Shown piece by piece: positions 10,233 through 20,198 of a stretch of 64,000 bases of DNA. The translations under genes were made by a program, and so were the position numbers. Each line of letters starts with the position of its first letter. Position 1 is the stretch's first letter. Source of the stretch: Candidatus Poribacteria bacterium (lineage in GTDB: Bacteria > Poribacteria > WGA-4E > WGA-3G); assembly GCA_965197475.1 (NCBI GenBank), contig CBDANF010000003.1:1824001-1888000 (forward strand). Reading direction: 5' to 3'. The notes below the pieces were generated by a model that made no database searches, had not been told where the DNA came from, and was given only the letters and a program-made list of their open reading frames with translations.

Positions 10233-11147
10233 TTAGTCTATATTTGATAGTATATCAAATATTCTTATTTTTTTCAAATAAAATTGAGCAAAAAGTTCAT
10301 AAATCCTTTCAATATCATTTACCGCTTTGTGAATGTGGTTATTTTTTTTGTAAGCGACAGCACGCCAAAGAAAAATGGGTATTAGCGTGTGTTCCTCATT
10401 CTGCCAGTTTTGAATCGCATCAGTTAGGAGGTCAATAGTGTCCGAATAGTCGGATTCTTTGGATTTTTGTTGTCCCAAATACCCATGAATGTCGCCTCGG
10501 CTGAGATATGCTATCGCAAAGTGCGGTTGTATTTCGATAGCTTTATCAAAATCAGCTAAAGCGAGTTTTAGGGTTTCATCGTCTTCTTTTGACAGCAGAA
10601 ACTTTTCGTAATATGCCCTACCACGGTTATAGTAAGCAATTGCACTGGGGCGATGCTTAACGATATAGAGATAGTCTGTAATAGCCTCGTTAATTTTACC
10701 TGTTTCAAGATAACTTTTCGCACGTTTTGACATTACCCGTGCATTTTTCCTTTTTTCAAGGGAGGCAGTATAATCCGCGATAGCACGCGGAACATCGCCT
10801 AATGCACGGTAAACATCCCCACGACTCGCGTAAGCATCGGCAAGATACCTTTTGAGAGATAGGGTTTGGGTATAATCGGCAATTGCCTCTTTGTAACGTG
10901 CCAATTGGTAATAAGCAAACCCACGTTTAATATATGCCTCAGCATATTTCGGTTCAATCTCAATTGCTTGTGTCAGCACGGTTATGGCTTGATAACTTTT
11001 TCCTTTTCTAAGCAATTGGGTTCCGTCAGTCAGATGTTTTAGAGCCTCACGATCTACCCCTTTCAGTTTTTCCCATGTAACAAAGCGCGATGCGAAAAGA
11101 AATGTAAGAATCAGGACCGGAGTCATAATGTAAATCAATGCGCGCAT
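10233..11147 (-). CDS. Tetratricopeptide repeat protein
   Basis: Repeated AY..RG.AY...A.ADY/F..A TPR motifs. Confidence 0.9.
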   Translation of the reverse strand: MRALIYIMTPVLILTFLFASRFVTWEKLKGVDREALKHLTDGTQLLRKGKSYQAITVLTQAIEIEPKYAEAYIKRGFAYYQLARYKEAIADYTQTLSLKRYLADAYASRGDVYRALGDVPRAIADYTASLEKRKNARVMSKRAKSYLETGKINEAITDYLYIVKHRPSAIAYYNRGRAYYEKFLLSKEDDETLKLALADFDKAIEIQPHFAIAYLSRGDIHGYLGQQKSKESDYSDTIDLLTDAIQNWQNEEHTLIPIFLWRAVAYKKNNHIHKAVNDIERIYELFAQFYLKKIRIFDILSNID

Positions 11148-11164
11148 GCTATGGCACTCTCGGA

Positions 11165-12142
11165 CTATTTCGGATAGAGGCGATGAATGTTAATACCCAA
11201 TTTTAACTCGTCAACAGAGGTATACGTTTTTGCCAAATCAATTTCAATATAAGTCTGTCCGCCACGAAGTCCACCGTAACCGGTAGAAAAAATGAGTTGT
11301 TTTCCACCGAGTCGGGCAACTCCGTCCTTGATATTTTTAGGTGGGAAATAACTGATAGGCGTATGTCCAACGATTAGAAATTTTGCACTGAGCACCTTGA
11401 GAAAATTTTCGGTATGTTTCAATGTATATCCACCACTAAATACGAGGCCCGGTCTGTCCCACAATAACTCGTCAAGCGTTCTAGGAACGGGATCGACAAG
11501 GTCCGCCAGACTAATAATGAAGCGAGCCGGTCCGGCGTGAACAGCGACAAAACCTTTTTTGCCGACAACGACTGTCGGAAGGTTGGTAAGGAATTCGAAA
11601 TGTTCGTCGGTCATGCGCTCAATGAAATTAAATTGTTTATAATAACTTCCATTTAGGCTTTTGTACAATTTCTGAATAAATGCTGCACGATTTTGTTCGG
11701 TCATTCCTTGGCTTTTCATCATAGCATAAGTATTTGCCGCTGCTAATTCATGGTTTCCTCTGATATAGATGAATCTTTTGCCTTTATCCCCAAGTTGCTT
11801 TTGTATCTCAATGACGCGGTTAACTATTTGTATATCGCCGTAGGGTAGTTTCGGACGTTCATCCGGTTTGTAGTCAATCGAATCCCCGAGCATTATACCG
11901 TAAACATCCTCATCGGCTTGTATCCTTTCAATAAGTCGGGTTTGTTTTAACCACTGATTAAAATCGTTCCAATGCGCGTGTAAGTCAGAGACAATGTAGA
12001 CGGTGCCGTGGTCAGGTAAGACAATAACATGTCCGTCACGTGTCAGCTGATTAGGGTATTGTGAGACATCTTTGGGCTGGGCTGCCGCTGTCATAGCGAA
12101 ACAGACAAGCAAAAGGACAGTGTGAATTAAGGTACTATTCAT
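11165..12142 (-). CDS. Secreted calcineurin-like metallophosphoesterase
   Basis: SDLHAH, LGDSID, RGNHE, VHAG and VGHT motifs. Confidence 0.88.
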   Translation of the reverse strand: MNSTLIHTVLLLVCFAMTAAAQPKDVSQYPNQLTRDGHVIVLPDHGTVYIVSDLHAHWNDFNQWLKQTRLIERIQADEDVYGIMLGDSIDYKPDERPKLPYGDIQIVNRVIEIQKQLGDKGKRFIYIRGNHELAAANTYAMMKSQGMTEQNRAAFIQKLYKSLNGSYYKQFNFIERMTDEHFEFLTNLPTVVVGKKGFVAVHAGPARFIISLADLVDPVPRTLDELLWDRPGLVFSGGYTLKHTENFLKVLSAKFLIVGHTPISYFPPKNIKDGVARLGGKQLIFSTGYGGLRGGQTYIEIDLAKTYTSVDELKLGINIHRLYPK

Positions 12143-12147
12143 AGATT

Positions 12148-13065
12148 TTACTCTCTAAAAAATGCGTCTACCGTTTCTTCTTGTTGTGCAAGTTTGTTTA
12201 GATGTTTTCGCCTACGATTCCGGGAAATCAGATAACTAAGTAGAAATAGTCCTCCGAGACCACCCCAAAATACATAGGAACTGGACAAGAAAGATGCCCA
12301 ATGATAACGCTGTGATAACGATTTACGCCAAAGTTTATCAAAGGCAGTAAGGTCGTAACCGAGAACTGCTTCAAAGGCGGCATTGAGATTCTTCCCAGTA
12401 TGCAATTGATCAATGATTGCCCATAGAGCCTCAATGCCGTTAACTTCAACGAACCAATGTAGTGCATCTTGGCTTTGGGCATAAGCTAAATCCGCACCTA
12501 TCTGTGAAACCGGAAAATTTTCTGTTAATTCATGAAGCGGCATGATGGATTTTGAGAAGACATGTTTCAGTAAGGTTTCATGGCGACCCGGCACCCACTC
12601 CTTTGAGAAGTGGATTGCGATACCTTCTACAAACCATAACGGAATTCCTTTGACCGCTTTTTGCGTATACTGTCCAAAAAGGATATGTGCAATTTCATGG
12701 CGAAGTACTTGTGCCAACTGCAGTTTCGCCACCGCTATCTGAGTTGGATTTTGGATGATGATACGCCGACTCAACGGAAAGGCACATCCAACTGCCCAAT
12801 CCTGAATCGGCGCGTGAACGGAAGCCTGAAACGCTTTTTGGGTATCACAAACCCATATTTTTATTGTTTCATCTGAAATATGACGTGTGATACGAGGCAA
12901 CTCGGTATAGAATTCTTCAGCAATTTGAAGAATTGCCGCTGGATCCACCGTGTTTTCTCGGTAGTAGACACGAAAGTGTGTACTTTCTCCTGATTCCCAT
13001 GAGGCAGCTGCAGATAATATAGGTAAAAGCAACAAAAGAAAAACAACGCATTTTATCTGAATCAT
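12148..13065 (-). CDS. Peptidase MA-like metalloprotease, C-terminally anchored
   Basis: HEIAH ... PLWFVEGIA ... AYAQS; signal peptide and C-terminal TM. Confidence 0.85.
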   Translation of the reverse strand: MIQIKCVVFLLLLLPILSAAASWESGESTHFRVYYRENTVDPAAILQIAEEFYTELPRITRHISDETIKIWVCDTQKAFQASVHAPIQDWAVGCAFPLSRRIIIQNPTQIAVAKLQLAQVLRHEIAHILFGQYTQKAVKGIPLWFVEGIAIHFSKEWVPGRHETLLKHVFSKSIMPLHELTENFPVSQIGADLAYAQSQDALHWFVEVNGIEALWAIIDQLHTGKNLNAAFEAVLGYDLTAFDKLWRKSLSQRYHWASFLSSSYVFWGGLGGLFLLSYLISRNRRRKHLNKLAQQEETVDAFFRE

Positions 13066-13073
13066 TGCACATG

Positions 13074-14354
13074 TTATGGTTGAGGGTCTACGACAGTGCC
13101 CATAAACAGCACCGTCTTTGTATCGTTATCGCGAATCGCAAAGAAAAAAGGTCGGTCTGCAATGAATTCTGGTGGAGGTGGTGGAACTGATGTAATACCT
13201 AAACCTACCCCAACACCAGTTACAGCAGCAGCTTCTGTTCCTTCTTCGTTGACTTTGACAAAGGTTTTTTGGGTTACTTTCTGAATCCACGTTAGCAGAG
13301 ATTTACCAGTAGGTGAATAAGCCATACGACTGAAATCCGCTTGTTCTTTGTCAAATGCTACCTCCATACCGAGTGCCTTCAGAGCGTCGCTGAGATCTTT
13401 ACTATATTCCAATTCAAATTTTGGAATTTGGACATACACCTCTTGTTCAGTTACCTGTGAAACCCAATTCTCCCAACTCTCTGCGTTCAAATCATCCAAC
13501 AATGTGTTAAGGTCGGATTCACGGGATGGCAGGAAGATATACATACTCGTATACCCATCGCCATAAGGGAGACTGACTACTTGAAAATCCGCTCCCTGAT
13601 AATACGCGTAATTATCTGTCCTTCGCATCATTGGGACTCTTTTTTCTTCTCCTGTCGCAAGGTAAAAGGTATCATCCAGTGTCCTTGATGGCTCAAACTC
13701 CGTTTTCCACTCTCCTTTGAAGTAGATAGCGTTAAGCAGCAATAGTCCAGTTTCCTTGTCAATTTTATCAATAATCTTTTTGATTTTTCCGTTTGTATTG
13801 GTATCTACCCATTTATTAATTTGTTCGGGAACACCAGGACTTTGCAGATCCAACTCTGAGATTTTTGCGTTAAAAAAATCGGTGTTCCGCTGAAGAAAAT
13901 CCGGATAGAACGCGAAATTTCCATTTGCATTGTGTGCCCAGAGTGAATTTGCAATCGTGAGTGTTACCTTTGGATCAGATACTTGAAGTACATGTTGTAA
14001 TTGGGCATAGCCGGGGTTAATCGTTTCTATATCAACGTTTTGTAGCTGCAGTGCATCGGTCATCGCCTGCTCGGTTTCACCCTCTGCACCATTTAGCGTC
14101 ATTGCCAATGCCACGGAAACACTAAACGGAGAGATAAAGATATTTTTATCCTGCTCAGTTTTGCGGATTTCATTGAAAAGATTAAAGCCAAAATTGGTAT
14201 TGGCAGTGACGATATTCGGATCGAAAGGTCCAACCTCGTGTTTGATAATTTGTTGATCTATATCGCGTTCACAACCAGTGAAGATAAAAAGTGGCACTCC
14301 ACACATCATGAGGACAATGCTTAATTTATAGAGATTTCCAAAATTAGTTTTCAT
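13074..14354 (-). CDS. Serpin family lipoprotein
   Basis: NIFISPFS, NAIYFKGEW, VNEEGTEAAA hinge, F.ADRPF; lipobox FTGC; probable ATG at 14354. Confidence 0.93.
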   Translation of the reverse strand: MKTNFGNLYKLSIVLMMCGVPLFIFTGCERDIDQQIIKHEVGPFDPNIVTANTNFGFNLFNEIRKTEQDKNIFISPFSVSVALAMTLNGAEGETEQAMTDALQLQNVDIETINPGYAQLQHVLQVSDPKVTLTIANSLWAHNANGNFAFYPDFLQRNTDFFNAKISELDLQSPGVPEQINKWVDTNTNGKIKKIIDKIDKETGLLLLNAIYFKGEWKTEFEPSRTLDDTFYLATGEEKRVPMMRRTDNYAYYQGADFQVVSLPYGDGYTSMYIFLPSRESDLNTLLDDLNAESWENWVSQVTEQEVYVQIPKFELEYSKDLSDALKALGMEVAFDKEQADFSRMAYSPTGKSLLTWIQKVTQKTFVKVNEEGTEAAAVTGVGVGLGITSVPPPPPEFIADRPFFFAIRDNDTKTVLFMGTVVDPQP

Positions 14355-14401
14355 TAAAGTAAGTTCCTTTATTATTGATTTGAATTCTGGTTCGGGTTCT
14401 A

Positions 14402-15655
14402 TCAAGGGTCAACAACAGTGCCCATAAACAGCACCGTCCCTGCTTCATTATCACGAATTGCAAAGAAAAATGGCCGATCAGCAGTAAATTCTGGTGGAAG
14501 ACTGGTTTTTACGATCCCAACAATAGTTACAGCGGCAGCTTCAGTGCCTTCTTCGTTAACCTCAATGAAAGTTTTATGGGAAACTTTATCAATATACAGA
14601 TTTGCCCCTAAATCTTCTAAAGATACCATCCGGCTAAAATCTGCCTGACTTTGATCAAAGGCTATACCCATGCCAAGTGTTGTAAGCGCGTCGTTAAGTT
14701 CTTTTGTTCCATATTCCAATTTGAATTTAGGGATTCTAAGCGACAGTTCCTGTTCGCGAAACTGTGACATCCAACTTTCCCAGTTCTCTGGGTCTAAAGT
14801 CTCTAAAAAAGTGTTCAGGTCGGAATCGCGGGCGGGAAGAAAGATATACATACTTATCTGTCCATCACCATAAGGGAGGTTGACGGCTTGGAAAGCATCT
14901 TCGTAGTAATGCAAGTAGCGTCCTGACCTAAACATCATTGGGACCTGTTTTTTGCTGCTGTTTGCAAGATGGAACGTCCCGTCGCGCGTGTGTGCCGGAT
15001 CAAATTCTGTTTGCCACGATCCTTTGAAATAGATAGCATTAATCAGGAATAACACCGCATTTGACTCTATTTCATCAAGGATTTTTGGAATTTTGCCGTT
15101 CGTATTGGTATTTACCCACTGATTAATTGTTGTTAATGAACTCGGGTCCAAAAAATCAAGTATTGAGATTTCAGCGTTGAAAAATTGGGTGTTGCGCTGC
15201 AGAAAATCGGATTTGAATGAGAATCCTTCGTTTCCCCAAAGCGAGTTTGCAATTGTGAGTGTCACTTTTGGATCAGATGCCTGAAGTGTTTGTTGCAACT
15301 GCGAATAACTTGAATTGATGGAATTGGTGTCTATGTCTTGTAGTTGTAACGTATCAATCATCGCTTGTTCTGTTTCGCCAGATGCACCATTTAACGTCAT
15401 AGCCAATGCCACGGAAACACTGAATGGCGAAATAAAGATATTCTTATCTTGCTCGTTTTTCCGTATTTCATTGAACAGGTCAAAGCCAAATTTCGTATTC
15501 GCCGTAACGACATTCGGATCGAAAGGTCCAATCTCATGTTTGACAATTTGCTGATCTATATCGCGTTCACAACCGGTGGAAATAAGAAGCATTAGTGCAC
15601 ATATCATGGGGAAAATGCTTAATTTATAGTGGGTTTTAAACCTTGCTTTCATCAT
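14402..15655 (-). CDS. Serpin family lipoprotein (paralog)
   Basis: Same serpin motifs; lipobox STGC. Confidence 0.93.
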   Translation of the reverse strand: MMKARFKTHYKLSIFPMICALMLLISTGCERDIDQQIVKHEIGPFDPNVVTANTKFGFDLFNEIRKNEQDKNIFISPFSVSVALAMTLNGASGETEQAMIDTLQLQDIDTNSINSSYSQLQQTLQASDPKVTLTIANSLWGNEGFSFKSDFLQRNTQFFNAEISILDFLDPSSLTTINQWVNTNTNGKIPKILDEIESNAVLFLINAIYFKGSWQTEFDPAHTRDGTFHLANSSKKQVPMMFRSGRYLHYYEDAFQAVNLPYGDGQISMYIFLPARDSDLNTFLETLDPENWESWMSQFREQELSLRIPKFKLEYGTKELNDALTTLGMGIAFDQSQADFSRMVSLEDLGANLYIDKVSHKTFIEVNEEGTEAAAVTIVGIVKTSLPPEFTADRPFFFAIRDNEAGTVLFMGTVVDP

Positions 15656-15681
15656 AAATAACCTCTTGTTTTATTAACGAC

Positions 15682-15883
15682 TTGTGCTAGTTACGTAATA
15701 GTTTTGTTGTTCTTCACAACTGTTCATATTCTGTAGAAGGGAACTCTGAATCGCGACACGGTGTCGGGAATCGGAGTTCCCTCCTACCTTTGGATGTCGT
15801 CAGTAATCGAAAAAGTTGCGGAATTCAAACCCAAACGAGACAAACATCTGAAATATAAACATACCAAATGTTAACTAGCACAA
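15682..15883. mobile_element. MITE-like element enclosing a GTAG-REP-like palindrome
   Basis: TIR ttgtgctagtta ... taactagcacaa; internal gtagaagggaactctga...ggagttccctcctac, one arm of which recurs near 58361. Confidence 0.55.
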
Positions 15884-15892
15884 CGCGTTTTA

Positions 15893-16852
15893 TTAGTAAA
15901 GATGTGCGACACTCTCGCCATAACCATTGTAGATCATTGTTGGGTGTCTCTCTCTTGTGCCAATCATCCATTCAGTAGCTTGCGACCAGCGCGGATGCGA
16001 AACGTTCGGATTGACGTTCGCCTCAAAACCGTATTCTCTCGGCAGTAGCACATTCCAAAAGTTTCGGGGTTTTTTGTCAGTTAGTTCAATACTGACGATG
16101 GATTTGATACTCTTAAACCCGTATTTCCATGGCACAATCAACCGGATGGGGGCACCGTGCTGTGGCGGTAAAATATGCCCATAGATGCCGACAACCAACA
16201 ACGTGAGGTCGTTCATAGCTTCTGCAAGTGTTAACCCTTCAAAGTAGGGCCACGGCAGACGTGCATCTCTCTGTTGCGGTGCGACCTCAGGGTCTAAAAA
16301 CGTGACCATCCGGACGTATTTTGCTGAAGATTTTGGTTGAACTTTTTCAAGCAGTGCTTTCATCGGGAACCCGATCCAGGGCACTACCATTGCCCAAGTT
16401 TCAACACAACGAAAACGATAAATCCGTTCTTCAAGCGGCATCTGTTTAATTAGATCATCTACGTCTATCGTCATCGGTTTTTCGACCTGTCCGGAAATTT
16501 CAATTTCCCATGGCCGCGTTTTAAACTTCTCAGCCCGTTTCCAGACGGTACTTTTAGAACTTGTGAACTCATAGAAATTGTTGTAAGTTGCTGCGATAAT
16601 TTCATCGGTCTGTTTGCGGGTGACGGTAAATTCAGCGTTCTTTTCAACATCAAGAGTCTGTGCTTGATAGGGTTCAAGTTGTTTGGCAACCCCACTATTC
16701 TGTGCGCAAGCACTTGAACCGAAAAGCGACAGTGCTCCAGCACCTGCTATTCCAAGTTCTTTGATAAACTTTCTACGGTTAATGTAGACGGATTCAGAGG
16801 TTACACGGTTTTCTGGGATCTCCCATCCCTTGGGAATTTTTATGTACGCCAT
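15893..16852 (-). CDS. msrP: Protein-methionine-sulfoxide reductase catalytic subunit (molybdoenzyme, Tat-exported)
   Basis: RRKFIK Tat motif, YNNFYEF, RFRCVE.W.MVVPW, GAPIRLIVPWKYGFKSIKSI, HPRWSQATE. Confidence 0.95.
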   Translation of the reverse strand: MAYIKIPKGWEIPENRVTSESVYINRRKFIKELGIAGAGALSLFGSSACAQNSGVAKQLEPYQAQTLDVEKNAEFTVTRKQTDEIIAATYNNFYEFTSSKSTVWKRAEKFKTRPWEIEISGQVEKPMTIDVDDLIKQMPLEERIYRFRCVETWAMVVPWIGFPMKALLEKVQPKSSAKYVRMVTFLDPEVAPQQRDARLPWPYFEGLTLAEAMNDLTLLVVGIYGHILPPQHGAPIRLIVPWKYGFKSIKSIVSIELTDKKPRNFWNVLLPREYGFEANVNPNVSHPRWSQATEWMIGTRERHPTMIYNGYGESVAHLY

Positions 16853-17171
16853 TGGAAATCTCCTATATCATAAACTGCTTCGTGTTTGTAATTTGAAACT
16901 ACGGCATTTTCATCGTTTTTATTTTTTTATTATACAAATTATACAGGTTTCCCACTGGAAGTGCAATGCTTTTTGCAACTGTGGGTGTGTGAAGTTTTTG
17001 ATAGTGTAAAAACACCTTACACACCTATCGCCCGCGATTCGGATGACAATATATACATACCCGTACGATTATTCTAATTTTTGTTGCAACTTTTTCAGAT
17101 TTTGGTGTATAATATCTTATGAAACGTAAATTCGCACCTTATCGTTGACGAAACAACGGAGTTATTAAGCA

Positions 17172-17615
17172 ATGTTACGCAAAATTTGGCAGTCACACAT
17201 CTTACTTGTTGCGTTGGTATGCGTTCATTTTGTATGTCCACTCTTCTGTGCCGCTGCTGGACAAAAGTTGTGCAGTGGTAGTGGTATGCCTGCAGAAATA
17301 CAGACAGAGTTTGCTGAAACCGCTTCGACTTGTTGCCACCAGTCTAATACCGCAGATGAGTCTGAAACATCATCCGAAAGTGAGAATGTGTGCTGTTTAA
17401 CTGATTTAGAACTTATTCTTCCCGACAATTCGATAAATGTCAATTCTGATCGTGAAACGGTTGGGTACAATATCGTTTCTATTGTTCCGTTCACATATTT
17501 TCTACCGGTTGCTCAGGAACACTTGCTTCATCTTCCACGTCCCCCTAAACTATCTATATCATCCCTAAACCGCATCATTTCCCGCCGCGGTCCTCCTTAC
17601 ACCCGTTTTAAGTAG
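17172..17615 (+). CDS. Cys/His-rich leader protein with C-terminal RGPP motif (DUF2946/CruR-like)
   Basis: Signal-like N-terminus, CVHFVCPLFC, TCCH, VCCL, ends ISRRGPPYTRFK; directly upstream of the metal efflux operon. Confidence 0.7.
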   Translation: MLRKIWQSHILLVALVCVHFVCPLFCAAAGQKLCSGSGMPAEIQTEFAETASTCCHQSNTADESETSSESENVCCLTDLELILPDNSINVNSDRETVGYNIVSIVPFTYFLPVAQEHLLHLPRPPKLSISSLNRIISRRGPPYTRFK

Positions 17616-17735
17616 TGTTTTACTAATAATTTGATCGTTCTTTCTTACCGTTTCTATTATAACATAAAACAGAAAAATAGGATATTTTACTTAATTTTTT
17701 GCAAAATGTTATCATATATAAGTTGATCACAGACC

Positions 17736-17978
17736 GCGCGATGCAGAGGGTTCGGTGCAGTCTGCGTAAAATCATTAGTTATGTAAAACCCTTAAAATTA
17801 GAGCAAGCTGCGCGATTCAAAGGGTTCCCGTGCAGTCTGCGTAAATCATCAGTTGTGTAAAACCCTCTTTTAAATTAATGCGTAAATCCTGAATGAATAC
17901 AGTTGAAATGTGATGCGCGCGATTCAGAGGGGATCCCGCAAGTTTTAGCATCATTATCATTATCTAACCAATACCCTC
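17736..17978 (+). repeat. Three imperfect ~65-nt repeats in the leader of the efflux operon
   Basis: gcgcgat(g/t)ca(g/a)aggg units start at 17736, 17810 and 17917; each is closed by an AGGG...CCCT stem. Confidence 0.75.
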
Positions 17979-17996
17979 AAATAAAAGGAAAAACAC

Positions 17997-18626
17997 ATGA
18001 AAATGAAATTGACATGGCGAATTGTAGCCACTTTCCTGGCAATTACCACCGCGCTACTGTTCTCAATCCTTTCGACCAAGGCAGAGGACGCGCACAAAAA
18101 TGACGAAGCCCATGACCACGGCAATGACAAAGTCACTGACGAAAAAGTGCGTTGCGCAATTGATGGCATGATGATGAAGGCTTTGTCAATGGTTAAAGTT
18201 GAACACGATGGAAAAGCCTACTATTTCTGCAACAGTATGCAGGTGAAAATGTTCAAGGCGAATCCAGAGAAGTACCTCCAAACAATCTCATTGGGACATT
18301 TGATATTCGATCTCAATCTGTTAACTATAGATGAGTACAGAGAGATGATGACTCACATGAAGATGGAGGGCATGATAAAAGCCGATGAAATTAAGGGAAA
18401 AACGCACTATTTCAGTATATACCCGATGCAAAACCACGAGGAGATTGCGTTAGGTGATGTTAAACTTGTCCTTCAGGTTACCAATGCCGAAGGGAAAACA
18501 AAGATGGCATTACTGAAATATAGCAAAATGACGCGGACCTACGAAGGGTTCATTGATATGCCCAAGGGTGAAAAACACGAAGTTCGCATTCGTGTGACAA
18601 GTCCAGCTGTCAAGATTTCACTTTAA
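17997..18626 (+). CDS. YHS-domain exported metal-binding protein
   Basis: CAIDGMMM..HDGKAYYFC....F..NPEKY; His/Met-rich; signal peptide. Confidence 0.85.
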   Translation: MKMKLTWRIVATFLAITTALLFSILSTKAEDAHKNDEAHDHGNDKVTDEKVRCAIDGMMMKALSMVKVEHDGKAYYFCNSMQVKMFKANPEKYLQTISLGHLIFDLNLLTIDEYREMMTHMKMEGMIKADEIKGKTHYFSIYPMQNHEEIALGDVKLVLQVTNAEGKTKMALLKYSKMTRTYEGFIDMPKGEKHEVRIRVTSPAVKISL

Positions 18627-18704
18627 TTTCACCATGTTTAGTAGGAGCATGTTCTGAGCACAATCCCTTCAGTGAGATAAAACTCTGGGCACTGCTCCTC
18701 AAAT

Positions 18705-18820
18705 TAGGGCATTCAGTTTTCAGTGTCTGCATATTGTAGCTGCAATTTTCTGATCGACGCTCCCGAGTCGGAACGAGCGCGGAAATAGCAACTCATGCGG
18801 AACTGAAACTGGATTGCCCA
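18705..18820. mobile_element. MITE-like element related to 28713-28833
   Basis: gggcattcagttttca ... tgaaactggattgccc imperfect TIR; no target duplication seen. Confidence 0.45.
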
Positions 18821-18839
18821 TCCGGTCAAGGAGAGGACA

Positions 18840-20198
18840 ATGCGAGAAATTAGTTTACTATACCAAATGGCGTTAGTTGTTATCGGGAGTATGATGGTGT
18901 TAAATGTTCTGGTGCCAAGAGAAGCACATGGGATGTCCCAAGAAGCGTCAACTCCAGAGCAAACCACCGATGTGGCAACTTTATTTGCCGAAACGCTTGA
19001 GCTGCCGAACTTAATTCGGGTTGCCGTTGAGCGGAGTCCAAAAATTAGTGCCGCAAAGGCAAGATGGCAGGCGACAATTGAACAGTATCCACAAGTGACA
19101 GCATTGCCCGATCCGATGCTCATGTATGGGTATTTCTTGCGAAGCGTGGAGACGCGGGTCGGCCCCCAACGCCATCGGGTTAGTTTTTCACAGGCATTTC
19201 CATATCCCGGCACCCTTGATGCAGCCGGAGAGGTCGTCAAAAAAGCAATTGAGATTGAAAGCGTAAAGCACGAGCAGGTGATACGAGATCTCATTGTTGA
19301 GCTGAAACTGAGTTACCACGAGTTGGCGTATCTCCAACGGGCAGTCGAACTGACACGGCAAAATCACAAATTGATAGCCTCTATTCTCGCGATTGCAACC
19401 ACACGTTATGCCGAAGGAAAAGTAAAACTCAATGATGTGCTGAAGGCACAAAGTCAACTGGCACAGTTGGAATATGATCTCGTGCTGCTGGAGGAATTGC
19501 AGCGTGTTGAACATGCTAACATCAATGGAATCCTGTCTGTTCCTTCAACAACACCGCTTGGCGCAACAGCACCTGTTGCCTACGAGCCGCTTGGTGTGAC
19601 ATTAGCCAATGTGGAAAAACAGGCATTAGCAAAACGACAGGAGTTGCGCATTGCGGAGTTAACTATTGAAAAAGCCACCGAAGGAATTGCACTTGCAGAA
19701 CTCCAAACCAAGCCTATGCTTAAGCTTGACTTAATGACAATAGAAACGGGTAAAGCCTTGATGTTAGACGCACCTGGCAGTGGTAAAAATCCATTTAGCA
19801 TCGGTATTGGTGTAACAATTCCGTGGTCAGGTCTGAAGAACAGCAGCAAGGTTCGCGAAGCTCAACAAAATCGTGAGGTTGTCACAGCGAATAGGCGCGC
19901 CTTGGAGGACGAAACGAAGGTTGCCCTCCAGAAAATTTATTTTCGCCTTGAAAACGCGCGGAGGCTTATCAAGCTCTATGAAACTACACTTATTCCGCAA
20001 GCTGGTGCTGCTATTGAAGTTGCTGAGACGTGGCATCAGAAAGGACCCAAGAGCATTACAGGATTTCTTGAGACGCAGAGTGTCTGGTTGAATTTTAATC
20101 TTGCTCGCCTACGTGCGATTGCAGACTATCAACAAAATATAGCCCGGTTAGAGCAGCTCGTTGGGGGAAAGATCGATGATTCACATACTATGCAGTAA
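18840..20198 (+). CDS. TolC/CusC-family outer-membrane efflux protein 1
   Basis: LPDPML, SQAFPYPG and LARL.AIADY...ARLEQLVG OEP pattern. Confidence 0.9.
   Translation: MREISLLYQMALVVIGSMMVLNVLVPREAHGMSQEASTPEQTTDVATLFAETLELPNLIRVAVERSPKISAAKARWQATIEQYPQVTALPDPMLMYGYFLRSVETRVGPQRHRVSFSQAFPYPGTLDAAGEVVKKAIEIESVKHEQVIRDLIVELKLSYHELAYLQRAVELTRQNHKLIASILAIATTRYAEGKVKLNDVLKAQSQLAQLEYDLVLLEELQRVEHANINGILSVPSTTPLGATAPVAYEPLGVTLANVEKQALAKRQELRIAELTIEKATEGIALAELQTKPMLKLDLMTIETGKALMLDAPGSGKNPFSIGIGVTIPWSGLKNSSKVREAQQNREVVTANRRALEDETKVALQKIYFRLENARRLIKLYETTLIPQAGAAIEVAETWHQKGPKSITGFLETQSVWLNFNLARLRAIADYQQNIARLEQLVGGKIDDSHTMQ

Noticed and set aside
17706-17786. Tiny uORF M-L-S-Y-I-S-TGA-... followed by a SECIS-like hairpin
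   Set aside because: No RBS, it overlaps the putative -10 box, UGA-to-loop spacing is about 33 nt unlike the other three, and repeat 2 has no matching TGA.
17736-17978. CRISPR array
   Set aside because: Only three degenerate units, no constant repeat with unique spacers, and no cas genes.
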